This document shows, in pieces, positions 37,534 through 47,334 of a DNA stretch of 64,000 bases. Source of the stretch: an uncultured bacterium (GTDB lineage: Bacteria; Patescibacteriota; Microgenomatia; UBA1400; CG1-02-47-37). The stretch's first letter is position 1; each line of letters opens with the position of its first letter. The notes under the pieces are model-generated. The model made no database searches. It was not told the origin of the DNA and saw nothing but the letters and a program-made list of their open reading frames with translations. Made by a program: the position numbers and the translations under genes. The stretch lies in NCBI GenBank assembly GCA_963980215.1, contig CAXBYZ010000002.1, positions 1,726-65,725 of the forward strand. Direction: 5' to 3'.

Positions 37534-38042
37534 GGCATTAGATATTCAACACTACCTCCAACCGCTTCAATTTCTCGAATGCGTGCAGAATTTTCAGCAG
37601 ACAATGAAATAATTCCCTTAACGTCCTTAGTTACACTAACCACATCTCCAACAGAACCTAAGGCATGTAAAGTTGTCACCCCCGCAGACAATGCACAGTC
37701 AAGATAATTATCTTCTCCAATATCTGAACAAACATCCACTGTTCTAGACACATTCACACCCGCTTCAATAGTGGACACCGCTGCATTTCCATACTGAAAT
37801 AAAGTGGGAATCGTCGCTCCAACAGTTCCAAAATAATATGAAGCGCCCCCAGTTATAAGTCCGGCAGATGCCAATCCTGCATCAACCAAAGACTGCTTAC
37901 ATGACTCTCTATCACTTGTACTAGATATATCTTCACATGCATTAACCGCTTCACGCACACTATAAATAGTATTAGCAGTATTTCCCAACATCATTAACTT
38001 TGCAGATCCTAAAGCTACCCCGCCATAAGCCACCCCCCCCAA
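37476..38042 (-). CDS. Middle segment of the same surface protein (Gly/Ala-rich)
   Basis: A TTG start that lies inside the G8 tract; in the +1 frame relative to the upstream 360-aa ORF. Confidence 0.35.
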   Translation of the reverse strand: MGGVAYGGVALGSAKLMMLGNTANTIYSVREAVNACEDISSTSDRESCKQSLVDAGLASAGLITGGASYYFGTVGATIPTLFQYGNAAVSTIEAGVNVSRTVDVCSDIGEDNYLDCALSAGVTTLHALGSVGDVVSVTKDVKGIISLSAENSARIREIEAVGGSVEYLMPWQRGGQVVGILQEVLIRG

Positions 38043-39054
38043 CCACTCCAGCAGTCACTGCCCCTCCAGCCACCGCATGTTGCCAATCCTCAAACCCTTG
38101 CTCACTACTCACTGCCGATTCCGGCAAGGGAATCGATCCATTACCCGCCAAACCTGTACCCTGATAACTCACTCCCAAATCTCCAGATATATCCAAACTA
38201 CCACTCACATTATTATTCCACCAATTACTAACTCCGTCTAAAAATGTATTCGCAGCCAACTGGGTATTTCTCGCCTCTTCCGCTGCTTTTTGTTCCGCCA
38301 ATAATCTCTGTTGAGCTACCGCCGCGGCTATCTCAGCCTGTGCGGTGGGATTGTTATCTGGACTTTGAGTGGTTGTGTATCTTGAAGTAGGTTTTTGATC
38401 TACCGCTTGGTTTTGAGCATAACCGGCCCATCTTTGAGCAGCTGCTTCGGCTACCCGATCCCGATTCTCTTCCTCTATCTGAACTCTATCGTCTTCTGAT
38501 AAATAACCGGATTGGTTTAGTCTATTGGTTGCTGCTTGAGCTGCCGCCGCGGCCGCTTCGGCTTCGGCTTTTTTTGCCTCCGCCACTACTCCTCCGGTAT
38601 CTACTGCTTCAGTCTTTGGAGTGGCCTTTGGGGTTGGCGTTGGATTTAACTCATTCTTTATCGAATCTTGAGCTTGTTGATCTAACATTCCCACCAACTC
38701 CTCCGAAACCGGACTTGTACTCGTAGTGGTCGAGGTGTTATTGGCTTCTCCATCTTCCGGATTTGCCCTCCTCTCCTCTCGTCTCTCTTTTAGAACTTGA
38801 GCAAAATCTTTTTCCACCTCTTCCTTACTCGCTTTTTTACCACTATTAGTTACTTGATCCCTTATCTTTTCTACTGTCTGATCATCAAAACCCGCCTTCT
38901 CCGCGATTCTAGCAAACCCCCGATTATCAAAACTTAAATTAGGATCAGTCACGTACTTAACTGTGGGAATCATCAAACCCACTAAGGCCACTAAAACCAC
39001 TACCGGTAAAAAAGCAAATCCTCCCGATCTTCGACTGGGCAGTTGAGTATTCAT
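37972..39054 (-). CDS. N-terminal segment of the surface protein: TM anchor plus Ala/Glu/Gln-rich coiled-coil
   Basis: An N-terminal TM (FAFLPVVVLVALVGLMIP) and a low-complexity charged, alanine-rich helical region. It ends just past the G8 tract. Confidence 0.45.
   Translation of the reverse strand: MNTQLPSRRSGGFAFLPVVVLVALVGLMIPTVKYVTDPNLSFDNRGFARIAEKAGFDDQTVEKIRDQVTNSGKKASKEEVEKDFAQVLKERREERRANPEDGEANNTSTTTSTSPVSEELVGMLDQQAQDSIKNELNPTPTPKATPKTEAVDTGGVVAEAKKAEAEAAAAAAQAATNRLNQSGYLSEDDRVQIEEENRDRVAEAAAQRWAGYAQNQAVDQKPTSRYTTTQSPDNNPTAQAEIAAAVAQQRLLAEQKAAEEARNTQLAANTFLDGVSNWWNNNVSGSLDISGDLGVSYQGTGLAGNGSIPLPESAVSSEQGFEDWQHAVAGGAVTAGVVGGGGLWRGSFRICKVNDVGKYC
38034..38041. repeat. Homopolymeric C8 tract (G8 on the coding strand) at the junction of two overlapping ORFs
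   Basis: Read directly from the sequence. With G8 the 360-aa frame runs on to the stop at 37972; with G7 it would join the 188-aa frame. Confidence 0.8.
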
Positions 39055-39713
39055 TCAATAATCTCCCCTTTAAGTTTACTCGCTTCCTGCTTAAAAAAAT
39101 CTACCAATTTTTCCTTATCCAAACTCTTCATCAAAATCGGATCATCCAAAAACTCGCCTACTCGACTCAACTGAGTCCCTAGCTGCAAACTATCAACATG
39201 CCAGTCAAACTTAATCTTTGCTAACTTTCTCAAATCGTCTATTCGATTATCAAGTTTTTCTAATATAAAAAACAAATCATAGTAATCTCTACCCCTTGGA
39301 TTTTGACTAATTGTGAATAACTTATCCACTCCAATATCCAATAAACTGTTAACCTTTAATCCGCCTTTACTCAAACCCGCCCCAATTCTTTTAAAGGGAA
39401 AATAAGTAAACTCTACTTTAAGAAAATCTTCTTTACCAAACCTCAACAAAAAAATATTCCGATTAAAACTAATCTGCAGATCTATTGTCTTATAGCCAAT
39501 TTTTTCCTTATTTTGCTTCAGCCAAGCACTAATCATTGAGGGCTCAAATTCATCTTCACAAAAAAAATCCAAATCCTCTGAAAATCTATGTTTTAAGTAA
39601 TACAAAGACAATGCCGTTCCACCAGTAAAGTAAAACTGATCAGCTAATTTAGAATCTGCTAGTAGTTTTAAAAACTTTTTTTGTCTTTTAACTACCTTTA
39701 ATTGCTTGACCAT
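39051..39713 (-). CDS. AbiEii-family nucleotidyltransferase
   Basis: FYFTGGTALSLYYLKHRFSEDLDFF. Confidence 0.55.
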   Translation of the reverse strand: MVKQLKVVKRQKKFLKLLADSKLADQFYFTGGTALSLYYLKHRFSEDLDFFCEDEFEPSMISAWLKQNKEKIGYKTIDLQISFNRNIFLLRFGKEDFLKVEFTYFPFKRIGAGLSKGGLKVNSLLDIGVDKLFTISQNPRGRDYYDLFFILEKLDNRIDDLRKLAKIKFDWHVDSLQLGTQLSRVGEFLDDPILMKSLDKEKLVDFFKQEASKLKGEIIE

Positions 39714-39904
39714 AATAAATTTTTTAAAAACCTTCTTTTATATTCATCAATATTTAGCCGATCCCAGTATTTTCTCAAACTTTTCTCTGACAATTTCTGA
39801 TCATTTAAACCAAAATTAATCATTTGCTCCAATTGAAAAACTTCAAAAGCTTCATGATTTTGCTTCAATCTCTTTGTATCTACCGACCAATTATACATAA
39901 GCAT
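39698..39904 (-). CDS. Small protein upstream of the AbiEii-like gene (possible antitoxin remnant)
   Basis: 68 aa, overlapping the downstream toxin-like gene by 16 nt. Confidence 0.25.
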   Translation of the reverse strand: MLMYNWSVDTKRLKQNHEAFEVFQLEQMINFGLNDQKLSEKSLRKYWDRLNIDEYKRRFLKNLLWSSN

Positions 39905-39919
39905 ATTTTACCATTATAA

Positions 39920-40654
39920 TTGACCCTAATGAAACTCGTCTCCATCATCATCCCTGCTTTCAAGCAGGAAAAGACTATCTTAAAAGATTTAAAGCGCATC
40001 GAAAAATCTCTAAAATCTATTAGATACCCTTACGAAATTATCGTGGTTATCGACGGAGCCATCGACCAAACCTATCGTAAAATAAAAAAACTAGCTAACC
40101 CTCAACTCAAAGTTTACCTTCTCAAAAAAAACTTAGGCAAAGGCTACGCCGTTCGCTTCGGCATGACCAAAGCTAAAGGCGACTATATTGCTTTTCTAGA
40201 CGCCGGCATGGAGATAGACCCCAACGCCATCTCCATGTTACTTGAACATCTCGAGTGGTACCACGCCGATATCGTGGTCGGCAGTAAACGCCACCTAGCC
40301 TCAAAAGTCTTTTATCCCTGGGACCGAAAGATTCTTTCATGGGGTTACTACCAACTCGTCCGCCTCCTTTTTGGGGTCAAAATTAGAGACACCCAATCCG
40401 GCATCAAGGTTTTTAAACGAAAAGTCTTAACCACTATCTTACCCAAACTGGTGGTCAAAAAATACGCCTTCGACATCGAGATCTTAGCCGTAGCCCACCG
40501 CTTAGGTTTTAAAAAAATCTACGAAGCCCCCATCAAGCTCAAGTATCACTTTGGCTCAGTCACCGACGCCGCTACCATAAACACTATTTATCACATGCTA
40601 ATAGACACACTCGCCGTCTGGTACCGATTAAAAATCTTAAAGTTTTATGACTAG
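39920..40654 (+). CDS. GT2 glycosyltransferase (dolichyl-phosphate mannose synthase-like)
   Basis: VSIIIPAFKQEKTILKDL, DGAIDQT and a DxD (FLDAGME). Confidence 0.65.
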   Translation: MTLMKLVSIIIPAFKQEKTILKDLKRIEKSLKSIRYPYEIIVVIDGAIDQTYRKIKKLANPQLKVYLLKKNLGKGYAVRFGMTKAKGDYIAFLDAGMEIDPNAISMLLEHLEWYHADIVVGSKRHLASKVFYPWDRKILSWGYYQLVRLLFGVKIRDTQSGIKVFKRKVLTTILPKLVVKKYAFDIEILAVAHRLGFKKIYEAPIKLKYHFGSVTDAATINTIYHMLIDTLAVWYRLKILKFYD

Positions 40655-41639
40655 TCAAGGAAAGGGTTCCGAACTTCAAAGTAATAGGGTTCCGAACCTC
40701 CAGCGGTCTGCAGCGTCAGCGAAAGACGGTTCGGAACCTTCAACGTTTGCCATCATCATCCCCTGTAAATCCCTAAAAGACCTTTGCCCCGAGCTCCTCC
40801 CGGCCCTAAAAACCCAATCTCTCCCTCCCGCCAAAATCATTATCATTCCTGACTCCCTTAACCATGTTAACAAAGGAGACTCCTTTGTTAAAGTTTTACC
40901 CAAGGCTGGCGACCCCGCCACCAAGCGCGACTATGCTGTTAAACACCTCAAGAAAACAGTAGGAACGGTTCCTACTGTTTTAGCCTTTATCGACTCGGAT
41001 GCCTACCCGGATAAAAACTGGCTTAAGAATGCTACTAAACACTTGAAACCAAAAAACATCGCCGCCGTCTGCGGGCCGGGCCTCACCCCACCCCAAAACT
41101 CCAAACTTCAAAAACTCTCCGGCCTCATTTGGTCCAGCTTTATTGGCGCTGGCCCTTACCGCTTCCGAAACCGCCCTTTAAAACCCCGCTTCGTCGACGA
41201 CTACCCCACCTTCAACCTCCTCGTCAAAACCAAAGACTTTCAAAAAATCGGTGGCTTTGACACCAAGTACTGGCCCGGTGAAGACACCAAGCTTTGCCTC
41301 GATCTCACCCACCAACTCCATAAAAAAATTCTCTATCACCCATCTATCATCGTCTTTCATCATCGCCGTCCCCTTTGGCTCCCTCACCTTCAGCAACTCT
41401 CCCGCTACGGCTTTCAACGCGGTCGATTTGTTAAACTTTTCCCCCAAACCTCCCGTCGCTTCTCTTACTTTTTACCCCTGCTATTTCTTCTCTCCCTACC
41501 CCTAACTTGGCCTTTCTATCTCGCCACTATCTTACTCACCGGCATCTATCATCAATCCCTTCTCCTGCCCCAAGCCCTACTCTTAACCCACCTCACCTAC
41601 GCTATCTACTTTCTCAAAGGCCTTCTAACAAACTCTTGA
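40647..41639 (+). CDS. GT2-like glycosyltransferase with C-terminal TM helices; its N-terminus is built from tandem hairpin elements
   Basis: FAIIIPC start motif, FIDSDAYP (DxD) and WPGEDTKLC. The first ~35 codons are three GGTTCCGAACC-type elements (40667-40747). It also contains a REP variant (40866). Confidence 0.5.
   Translation: MTSQGKGSELQSNRVPNLQRSAASAKDGSEPSTFAIIIPCKSLKDLCPELLPALKTQSLPPAKIIIIPDSLNHVNKGDSFVKVLPKAGDPATKRDYAVKHLKKTVGTVPTVLAFIDSDAYPDKNWLKNATKHLKPKNIAAVCGPGLTPPQNSKLQKLSGLIWSSFIGAGPYRFRNRPLKPRFVDDYPTFNLLVKTKDFQKIGGFDTKYWPGEDTKLCLDLTHQLHKKILYHPSIIVFHHRRPLWLPHLQQLSRYGFQRGRFVKLFPQTSRRFSYFLPLLFLLSLPLTWPFYLATILLTGIYHQSLLLPQALLLTHLTYAIYFLKGLLTNS
40866..40890. repeat. REP variant (GTTAACAAAGGAGACTCCTTTGTTAA) in frame inside the GT2 gene 40647-41639
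   Basis: Encodes VNKGDSFVK. Confidence 0.6.
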
Positions 41640-41704
41640 CAAATCCTCTCATTTACTATAAATTTAAACCAAATATCTTAATATTTAATATCTTTAGTTT
41701 AAAT

Positions 41705-42274
41705 ATGTCAAAGAATTTCATTCTTAAACTCTATCAACAGCCTCAAACTGTCTTTAGTTTCACCGACCTTACCCTCCTTTTTCCCCAGAAATCTCCAAAG
41801 TCACTTCAAAATAAAATTCACTATGCCACCAAAACTAATAAGCTCCAAAACCTTCGAAGAGGCATCTATGCCAAACCAAATTTTCAACTGTTCGAATTAG
41901 CCAATAAAATTTACACCCCGTCATACATTAGCTTCGAAACAGTTTTGCTAAAAGAAGATATAGTTTTCCAAACTTACCAAACTATTTTTCTTGCCTCCTA
42001 CCTCACCAGAACCGTTTCAGTTGACCAACAATCCTTTTCATTCAAAAAACTAAAAAGCTCTCTCCTTTCTAACCCTCAGGGATTAACCTTAATGCCCGGT
42101 TACACTATTGCTACCAAAGAACGAGCCTTTTTGGATGCTGTTTATCTTTACGGTGATTATCATTTTGATAACCTTAGACCCCTAGATTGGAATCTAATCA
42201 ATCAACTTACTCCTATTTATCAAAACAAGGCTTTTAATAAAAGAGTTAAGAAGTACTATACTCAGTCAAGATAA
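41705..42274 (+). CDS. AbiEi-like antitoxin-family protein (orphan)
   Basis: LRRGIYAKP (the RGxY motif) and an N-terminal wHTH-like region. The start is refined to the ATG at 41705; the upstream part of the track ORF is P/S-rich noise. Confidence 0.4.
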   Translation: MSKNFILKLYQQPQTVFSFTDLTLLFPQKSPKSLQNKIHYATKTNKLQNLRRGIYAKPNFQLFELANKIYTPSYISFETVLLKEDIVFQTYQTIFLASYLTRTVSVDQQSFSFKKLKSSLLSNPQGLTLMPGYTIATKERAFLDAVYLYGDYHFDNLRPLDWNLINQLTPIYQNKAFNKRVKKYYTQSR

Positions 42275-42482
42275 ATACTTTATTTTTCTTACTTAACTAC
42301 GAAAAACATAATAGAAATATAAAAATCGAAATCTCCAAACGTCCCGCTAAAAACCAATTTAAAGTTAAAATCCACTCAACTAATGCCAGGCTTAGGAGAG
42401 CTGGTTGATAAAAAACAACAACACTGGATAAAAAATCATCTGATAGAGGAAACAATTTTCCAACTCAAGCTCTACCAAAAAA

Positions 42483-43925
42483 TTACTTAGTTTCCTTGCC
42501 CCCCATATACTCCTCAAGCCTCTTCAACTGCTCGGCCGACTGCCACAGCTTCGGCTTACTCTCCAAGGCTTTTTGGTAATACTCACGCGCTTTATCCAGT
42601 TGCCCCATCACCACGTAAGTATTAGCCAAGTTATGCATGGCATCAGCATAGTTAGGATTAATGGCAATCGCCCGCAAAAAATGCATCTCCGATCGCTTTA
42701 AATCTCCCATCCGGCCATAGTAATCCCCCAAGTTATTGTTGTTTTGGGGGCTATTGGGCGAAGTCCGCTCGGCCGAAAGCCACAACTTATCCGGTGTCTG
42801 CCAATTGGCATTTCGCACCCAAGTTCTACCCATTAATAAAACAGCTACCAGTCCAAACCCCATCATCACTCCTTCTTTTAAACCCTCTTTTTGAGCCAAC
42901 CAATCAACCACCATTCCCACCAACATCCATACCCCAATCGCCCCCAAGTAAACATACCTCTCGGCCACTACCCAAGACACCCCTAAAGGAGTCAAGGTCG
43001 GACTCAAAGCCACTACTAACCACCCCAACCAAAAACTAACTCGTTTCCAAACCCCATTCCCTTTCAACCAACCCCACAACCCCATCCCTATCAACCCCAA
43101 CACCACCCCAACCCTCATCCAATAACCAACAGCTGAAAAAAACATCTCCGAGTGATACAAGGTTAATTTACTCGGCCAAACCGCCAACTTCAAGTACTCG
43201 GCTACAGCCACCGGTACTTGAACTAAGGGGTTCATCTTAGCTCCCCCGCCGGAATAATCTGTTTGTAAATAACCTAAACGAGCATCAACTTGGGTAAAAC
43301 TTGACCAGATCCACACTCCTGCCAAACTTACAAATGGAATCAAGTCCCAATATTGACCTCGTTTTTTAGCAAAAATCAGCCGGTACATAATTAACATCGC
43401 CGGCAACACCATCGCTTTTTCGCTATACTCCAAAGAAAATAAATAACTCAAACTAGACCATACTATAAACTTATGATCATCTTTTGCCTTTATATATAGT
43501 ACCAAAGCTAAAAGCAACCAAAAACTATACTTAACATACCCGCCCCCAGAAATCCAAGTCACTGACTCGGTCATAAGCGGGTGAACGGCAGTTAACACTC
43601 CCGCCATCAATCCTACCCGTTCATTTACCAATCTCTCTCCCAACCACAGCACTAAAACACTCACCCCCGCATGGGCCAATATATTTGAAAACCGAAAAGC
43701 CCATTCATTAATCCCAAACAGATTACTAATTACAAAATACTCCAACCGCCCCAAAACCACCAATGGATTCTGCCACACCCAACCCCACCTGGTAATCTCC
43801 GGATTATTAACAATCCCAGGCAAATCATCGGCTACAAACTTAGCTCCCCAGGTATTCATGTAGCCAATCACCACCAAACCAACCAACAAAACTATCTGCC
43901 ATTTATTTTTATTAAACCAACTCAT
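42483..43925 (-). CDS. Polytopic membrane protein (GT-C/PMT/ArnT-like) with C-terminal TPR repeats
   Basis: About 11 TM helices followed by three TPR-like repeats (YYGRMGDLKRSEMHFLRAIAINPNYADAMHNLANTYVVMGQLDKAREYYQKAL). Confidence 0.45.
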   Translation of the reverse strand: MSWFNKNKWQIVLLVGLVVIGYMNTWGAKFVADDLPGIVNNPEITRWGWVWQNPLVVLGRLEYFVISNLFGINEWAFRFSNILAHAGVSVLVLWLGERLVNERVGLMAGVLTAVHPLMTESVTWISGGGYVKYSFWLLLALVLYIKAKDDHKFIVWSSLSYLFSLEYSEKAMVLPAMLIMYRLIFAKKRGQYWDLIPFVSLAGVWIWSSFTQVDARLGYLQTDYSGGGAKMNPLVQVPVAVAEYLKLAVWPSKLTLYHSEMFFSAVGYWMRVGVVLGLIGMGLWGWLKGNGVWKRVSFWLGWLVVALSPTLTPLGVSWVVAERYVYLGAIGVWMLVGMVVDWLAQKEGLKEGVMMGFGLVAVLLMGRTWVRNANWQTPDKLWLSAERTSPNSPQNNNNLGDYYGRMGDLKRSEMHFLRAIAINPNYADAMHNLANTYVVMGQLDKAREYYQKALESKPKLWQSAEQLKRLEEYMGGKETK

Positions 43926-43931
43926 ATCTAA

Positions 43932-45110
43932 CTATCCTACAAACTTTAAATAATTATCTTGATCAATCACACTGTAGCTTGCTTGCTTGTAATTTTCTAG
44001 CCAATCTTTGGGGGGGGTTTTTTGTTTCATACTCCCCCACTTAAACTCATATCCAAACAACTTCCCCCCTCTCTCTTCCACCAAATCTATCTCTTTTTTG
44101 TCATAAGTTCTCCAAAAATAATAATTACCCCTAATTTTTAAGTACTCTCGCAACTTCATTCGTTCAATAAACAAAAAATTCTCCCACAACTGCCCCACAT
44201 CATCCCGGCTACTCAACTGATTAAAGTTACCAATTACCGCATTCCTCACCCCATTATCATAAAAGTAATACCTAGAGGTTTTCGAAATCTCTTTTCTTAA
44301 ATTTCTCGAAAACCCCCCCACATTGATCAACACAAAAGATTTTTCTAATAAATCCAAGTATCTCAAAACTGTATTCCTACTCATAGACAATTGACGCCCC
44401 AATTCCTGATGAGATACTTCATGTCCAATTTGAAAAGCCACTAGTCTTAGTAGGTCATAAATTTTCCTTGAATTTCTTACACTCTCTAGCTCCAAAATAT
44501 CTTTATATAAATATGAATCTCTTATCAATTCAAGATACTCTGTTTTTTCCTGAAAAGAGGTGGCCATCATCACTTCTGGATATCCCCCATAAATTAAATA
44601 ATTTTCTAAATTTTGTTGCACCACTCCCGTTCCCAACTCTTTTCTAAGCTCCATTATAGATACCGGATAAAGTTTTAAAATATTTTGTCTTCCGACTAAA
44701 GGCTCTCCTAATTGATTTGATAAGTCAAAAGAAGAAGATCCTGTAGCAATCACTTTCACTCCCGGAATCTGATCCACTACTATCTTTAAACCTTGGCCCA
44801 CATTGGCAATTTTTTGAGCTTCATCAATAAAAATCAAGTCATAATCACTAAAGAAAGGGATAATTTTTGAAAAATCAGAAGATTCTAATACCTCCCTTAA
44901 TTTAACATCTTCGCCAGTGCTCCTGTAAACCTTCCCCTTGTAACCCTCTAAAAATTTCTCCACTAAAGTTGTCTTACCTACTCTTCTGGGGCCATAAATC
45001 ACCAACACTTTATTGGGTACCAATAATTTTAATATCTTATTGCTGTAATACCTGTTAATCATTGCTTTATAGTAACATATTTTCTTATTTGCGTCAATAT
45101 ACTGACGCAA
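43932..45110 (-). CDS. AAA ATPase with a C-terminal DUF4143 domain
   Basis: The Walker A motif YGPRRVGKTTL, a Walker B (LIFIDEAQ) and a DUF4143-like C-terminus. Confidence 0.6.
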   Translation of the reverse strand: MRQYIDANKKICYYKAMINRYYSNKILKLLVPNKVLVIYGPRRVGKTTLVEKFLEGYKGKVYRSTGEDVKLREVLESSDFSKIIPFFSDYDLIFIDEAQKIANVGQGLKIVVDQIPGVKVIATGSSSFDLSNQLGEPLVGRQNILKLYPVSIMELRKELGTGVVQQNLENYLIYGGYPEVMMATSFQEKTEYLELIRDSYLYKDILELESVRNSRKIYDLLRLVAFQIGHEVSHQELGRQLSMSRNTVLRYLDLLEKSFVLINVGGFSRNLRKEISKTSRYYFYDNGVRNAVIGNFNQLSSRDDVGQLWENFLFIERMKLREYLKIRGNYYFWRTYDKKEIDLVEERGGKLFGYEFKWGSMKQKTPPKDWLENYKQASYSVIDQDNYLKFVG

Positions 45111-45125
45111 ATTAGCTTAATTGCA

Positions 45126-45983
45126 TCATTTTATCCACCACTTTTCACCAGTACTAACTAACCTCACCAAACCATCTTCATCAGTCCGCTTAATCATCGC
45201 TCCCAGCTCTCTCAATCTCTCCAGCACTTCCCTAGTTGGGTGCCCAAATCGATTTTTGCCTACCGAAATCACTGCCAACTCCGGCTTCACTGCTAAAAGA
45301 AACTCCCCACTTGTACTAGTTTTGGATCCATGATGAGCTACTTTTAACACTTCTACGTCTGTTAGTTTATCAGTTAACCTCAACTCATCCTCTATCTTTG
45401 TATCAATATCTCCGGTTAACAAAAACTCAAATTTCCCATAGCTTCCCCTCAACACCGTCGACACTTCATTAATATCTTTAATCTCACACACCTCGGAGGT
45501 GATCTCAATCGGATACAGCACCTCTAAACTCACCTCTCCCAACCTCACCCCATCCCCAGCCTTAAATTCGAGGTTCGTAACCTCGAATTTTTCCATCACC
45601 CGCTTCAACTCCCTTACCTCAGCAATGTCATTCTCCACTCCACTCATATAAAAATTCTCTACCTCATATCTCTTCAAAACCTCGATCATCCCTGTCATAT
45701 GATCTGCTTGAGGATGAGTCACTACCACCAACTCTATCTTTCTATCCCAAAAAGGCATACTCTTCCCCAAACAAGACAAAACCGAACTATCCGGACCCCC
45801 ATCTACCAACATCTGATAACTTCCCCAAGACACTAAAGTTGCATCTCCTTGACCTACATCACAAAAAGATAACTCTAATCTCTTTTTTGGCAACTGAAAA
45901 GCCACCAAAACCAACAAAAATAACAGCAACACCAAACTAAAATTAATCTGTTTTAATAAATTTTTCTTCTCAATCTCATCCAT
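45126..45983 (-). CDS. ComEC/Rec2 metallo-beta-lactamase domain protein (ComEC C-terminal module as a separate gene)
   Basis: An N-terminal TM anchor, then MLVDGGPD and VVTHPQADH (the MBL HxHxDH motif), then VAHHGSKTS. Confidence 0.6.
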   Translation of the reverse strand: MDEIEKKNLLKQINFSLVLLLFLLVLVAFQLPKKRLELSFCDVGQGDATLVSWGSYQMLVDGGPDSSVLSCLGKSMPFWDRKIELVVVTHPQADHMTGMIEVLKRYEVENFYMSGVENDIAEVRELKRVMEKFEVTNLEFKAGDGVRLGEVSLEVLYPIEITSEVCEIKDINEVSTVLRGSYGKFEFLLTGDIDTKIEDELRLTDKLTDVEVLKVAHHGSKTSTSGEFLLAVKPELAVISVGKNRFGHPTREVLERLRELGAMIKRTDEDGLVRLVSTGEKWWIK

Positions 45984-46068
45984 AATCCACTCCGTTTTTA
46001 ATCAAATTTAAAGAGATGGTTTAACAACTACGTTCGTAATTATTAAACTTCACCTGTCATTATTCATG

Positions 46069-47319
46069 CTAACCCCCAATATTTTTTAACCTTTTAACTC
46101 TAAATATTACCGCAAACAAAACAATATAATAACCCACCGCCCACCACCAACTCAACCCCTCCACCACTCCCCCATCTTTCATCGGCCAGGTGATAAAACT
46201 TCTCTTGCCAAACCACTCAATCACTCTCACCATCACCATCAAACCTGAATAGCAAATAAACCCCACTATAGAAACCAAAAACTCTAAACCGCCCCCCGTA
46301 AACACCAAACTAAACAAAGCCAACACCCCACCCCAAGTCATCAAAACCGGCACCAGCCACAAAATTAAACTATTTACCACCACTGAAAACAAACTCAAGC
46401 TATTAAAATATATCATCAATATTGGCCAAACCATAATCTGAGCAGATACTGTCTCAGACATATACTCTCCAATCACAAAAACATGCTTAAAAACCCCATT
46501 TAACATAGGAGAAATAAAGATAAGTCCTAAAGTTGCCGCCACTGACAACTGAAACCCAACATCCCAAATCAACACAGGGCTATAAATCAACATTAGCATC
46601 ACCGTTGCTAGCAACAGGCGTATCGTATCCGCCTTCCTCCCTATTACCTGCCCAAAAAAAGCCAAAGACCCCATAATCGCCGCTCGCACAATCGCCGGCT
46701 CCCCTCCAGCCATAATTACATACCCAATTACCGCTAAAATACCCAAGGAAACTGCCATTCTTCTCTTAAAAATTCCCGCAAACATCTTGATTACAAAACT
46801 AATAATTATCATCACATTAAACCCTGAAGCCACTACAATATGAAGAGTGCCAGTTTTCTGTAAACTATCATAAAACTCTCGAGGTAATCCTCTTTTTGAC
46901 CCCAAAACTATTCCGGCTAGCAGACTAGCCTCTGGCTCAGACAAGACCTGATTATACCCACCTTCTATCTTTCTTCGTAAACCCATAATTTTTGAACTCT
47001 CAGCTTTAATGACCTTAATACTTGGATACATCAAGCTAAATCGACTGTACCACTTGTTTACCACTTTCCTCTGGAGAGTGCCAGAAATTTGGACATTTTG
47101 ACCATACTCATAAACAGGATACTGCTTGGCATACACCATCACTCTACCTATATAGAACCGTTGAGAGCTACCCTGTAGTATAGGTTCTGAAGATATTTTA
47201 CCTTCCACCATTATCCGCTTTCCGACCTTTTCCCGTAAATTACTCTCCGTCTGAAATTGTGAGTTTAATCTAATAAAAAATGAGACAAACCATATCACTA
47301 ACACCAAAAGTACCCTCAT
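46069..47319 (-). CDS. comEC: ComEC/Rec2 membrane channel module (DUF4131 plus competence domain)
   Basis: An N-terminal TM, an OB-like region, then ~9 TM helices. Adjacent to comEA and to the MBL module. Confidence 0.55.
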   Translation of the reverse strand: MRVLLVLVIWFVSFFIRLNSQFQTESNLREKVGKRIMVEGKISSEPILQGSSQRFYIGRVMVYAKQYPVYEYGQNVQISGTLQRKVVNKWYSRFSLMYPSIKVIKAESSKIMGLRRKIEGGYNQVLSEPEASLLAGIVLGSKRGLPREFYDSLQKTGTLHIVVASGFNVMIIISFVIKMFAGIFKRRMAVSLGILAVIGYVIMAGGEPAIVRAAIMGSLAFFGQVIGRKADTIRLLLATVMLMLIYSPVLIWDVGFQLSVAATLGLIFISPMLNGVFKHVFVIGEYMSETVSAQIMVWPILMIYFNSLSLFSVVVNSLILWLVPVLMTWGGVLALFSLVFTGGGLEFLVSIVGFICYSGLMVMVRVIEWFGKRSFITWPMKDGGVVEGLSWWWAVGYYIVLFAVIFRVKRLKNIGG

Positions 47320-47334
47320 AAGTTATAGGGCCAA

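Noticed and set aside
41507-41704. N-terminal 66 aa of the track ORF at 41507 (MAFLSRHYLTHRHLSSIPSPAPSP...)
   Set aside because: It is P/S-rich read-through of the upstream GT2 gene's 3' region. The AbiEi-like homology begins at the Met at 41705.
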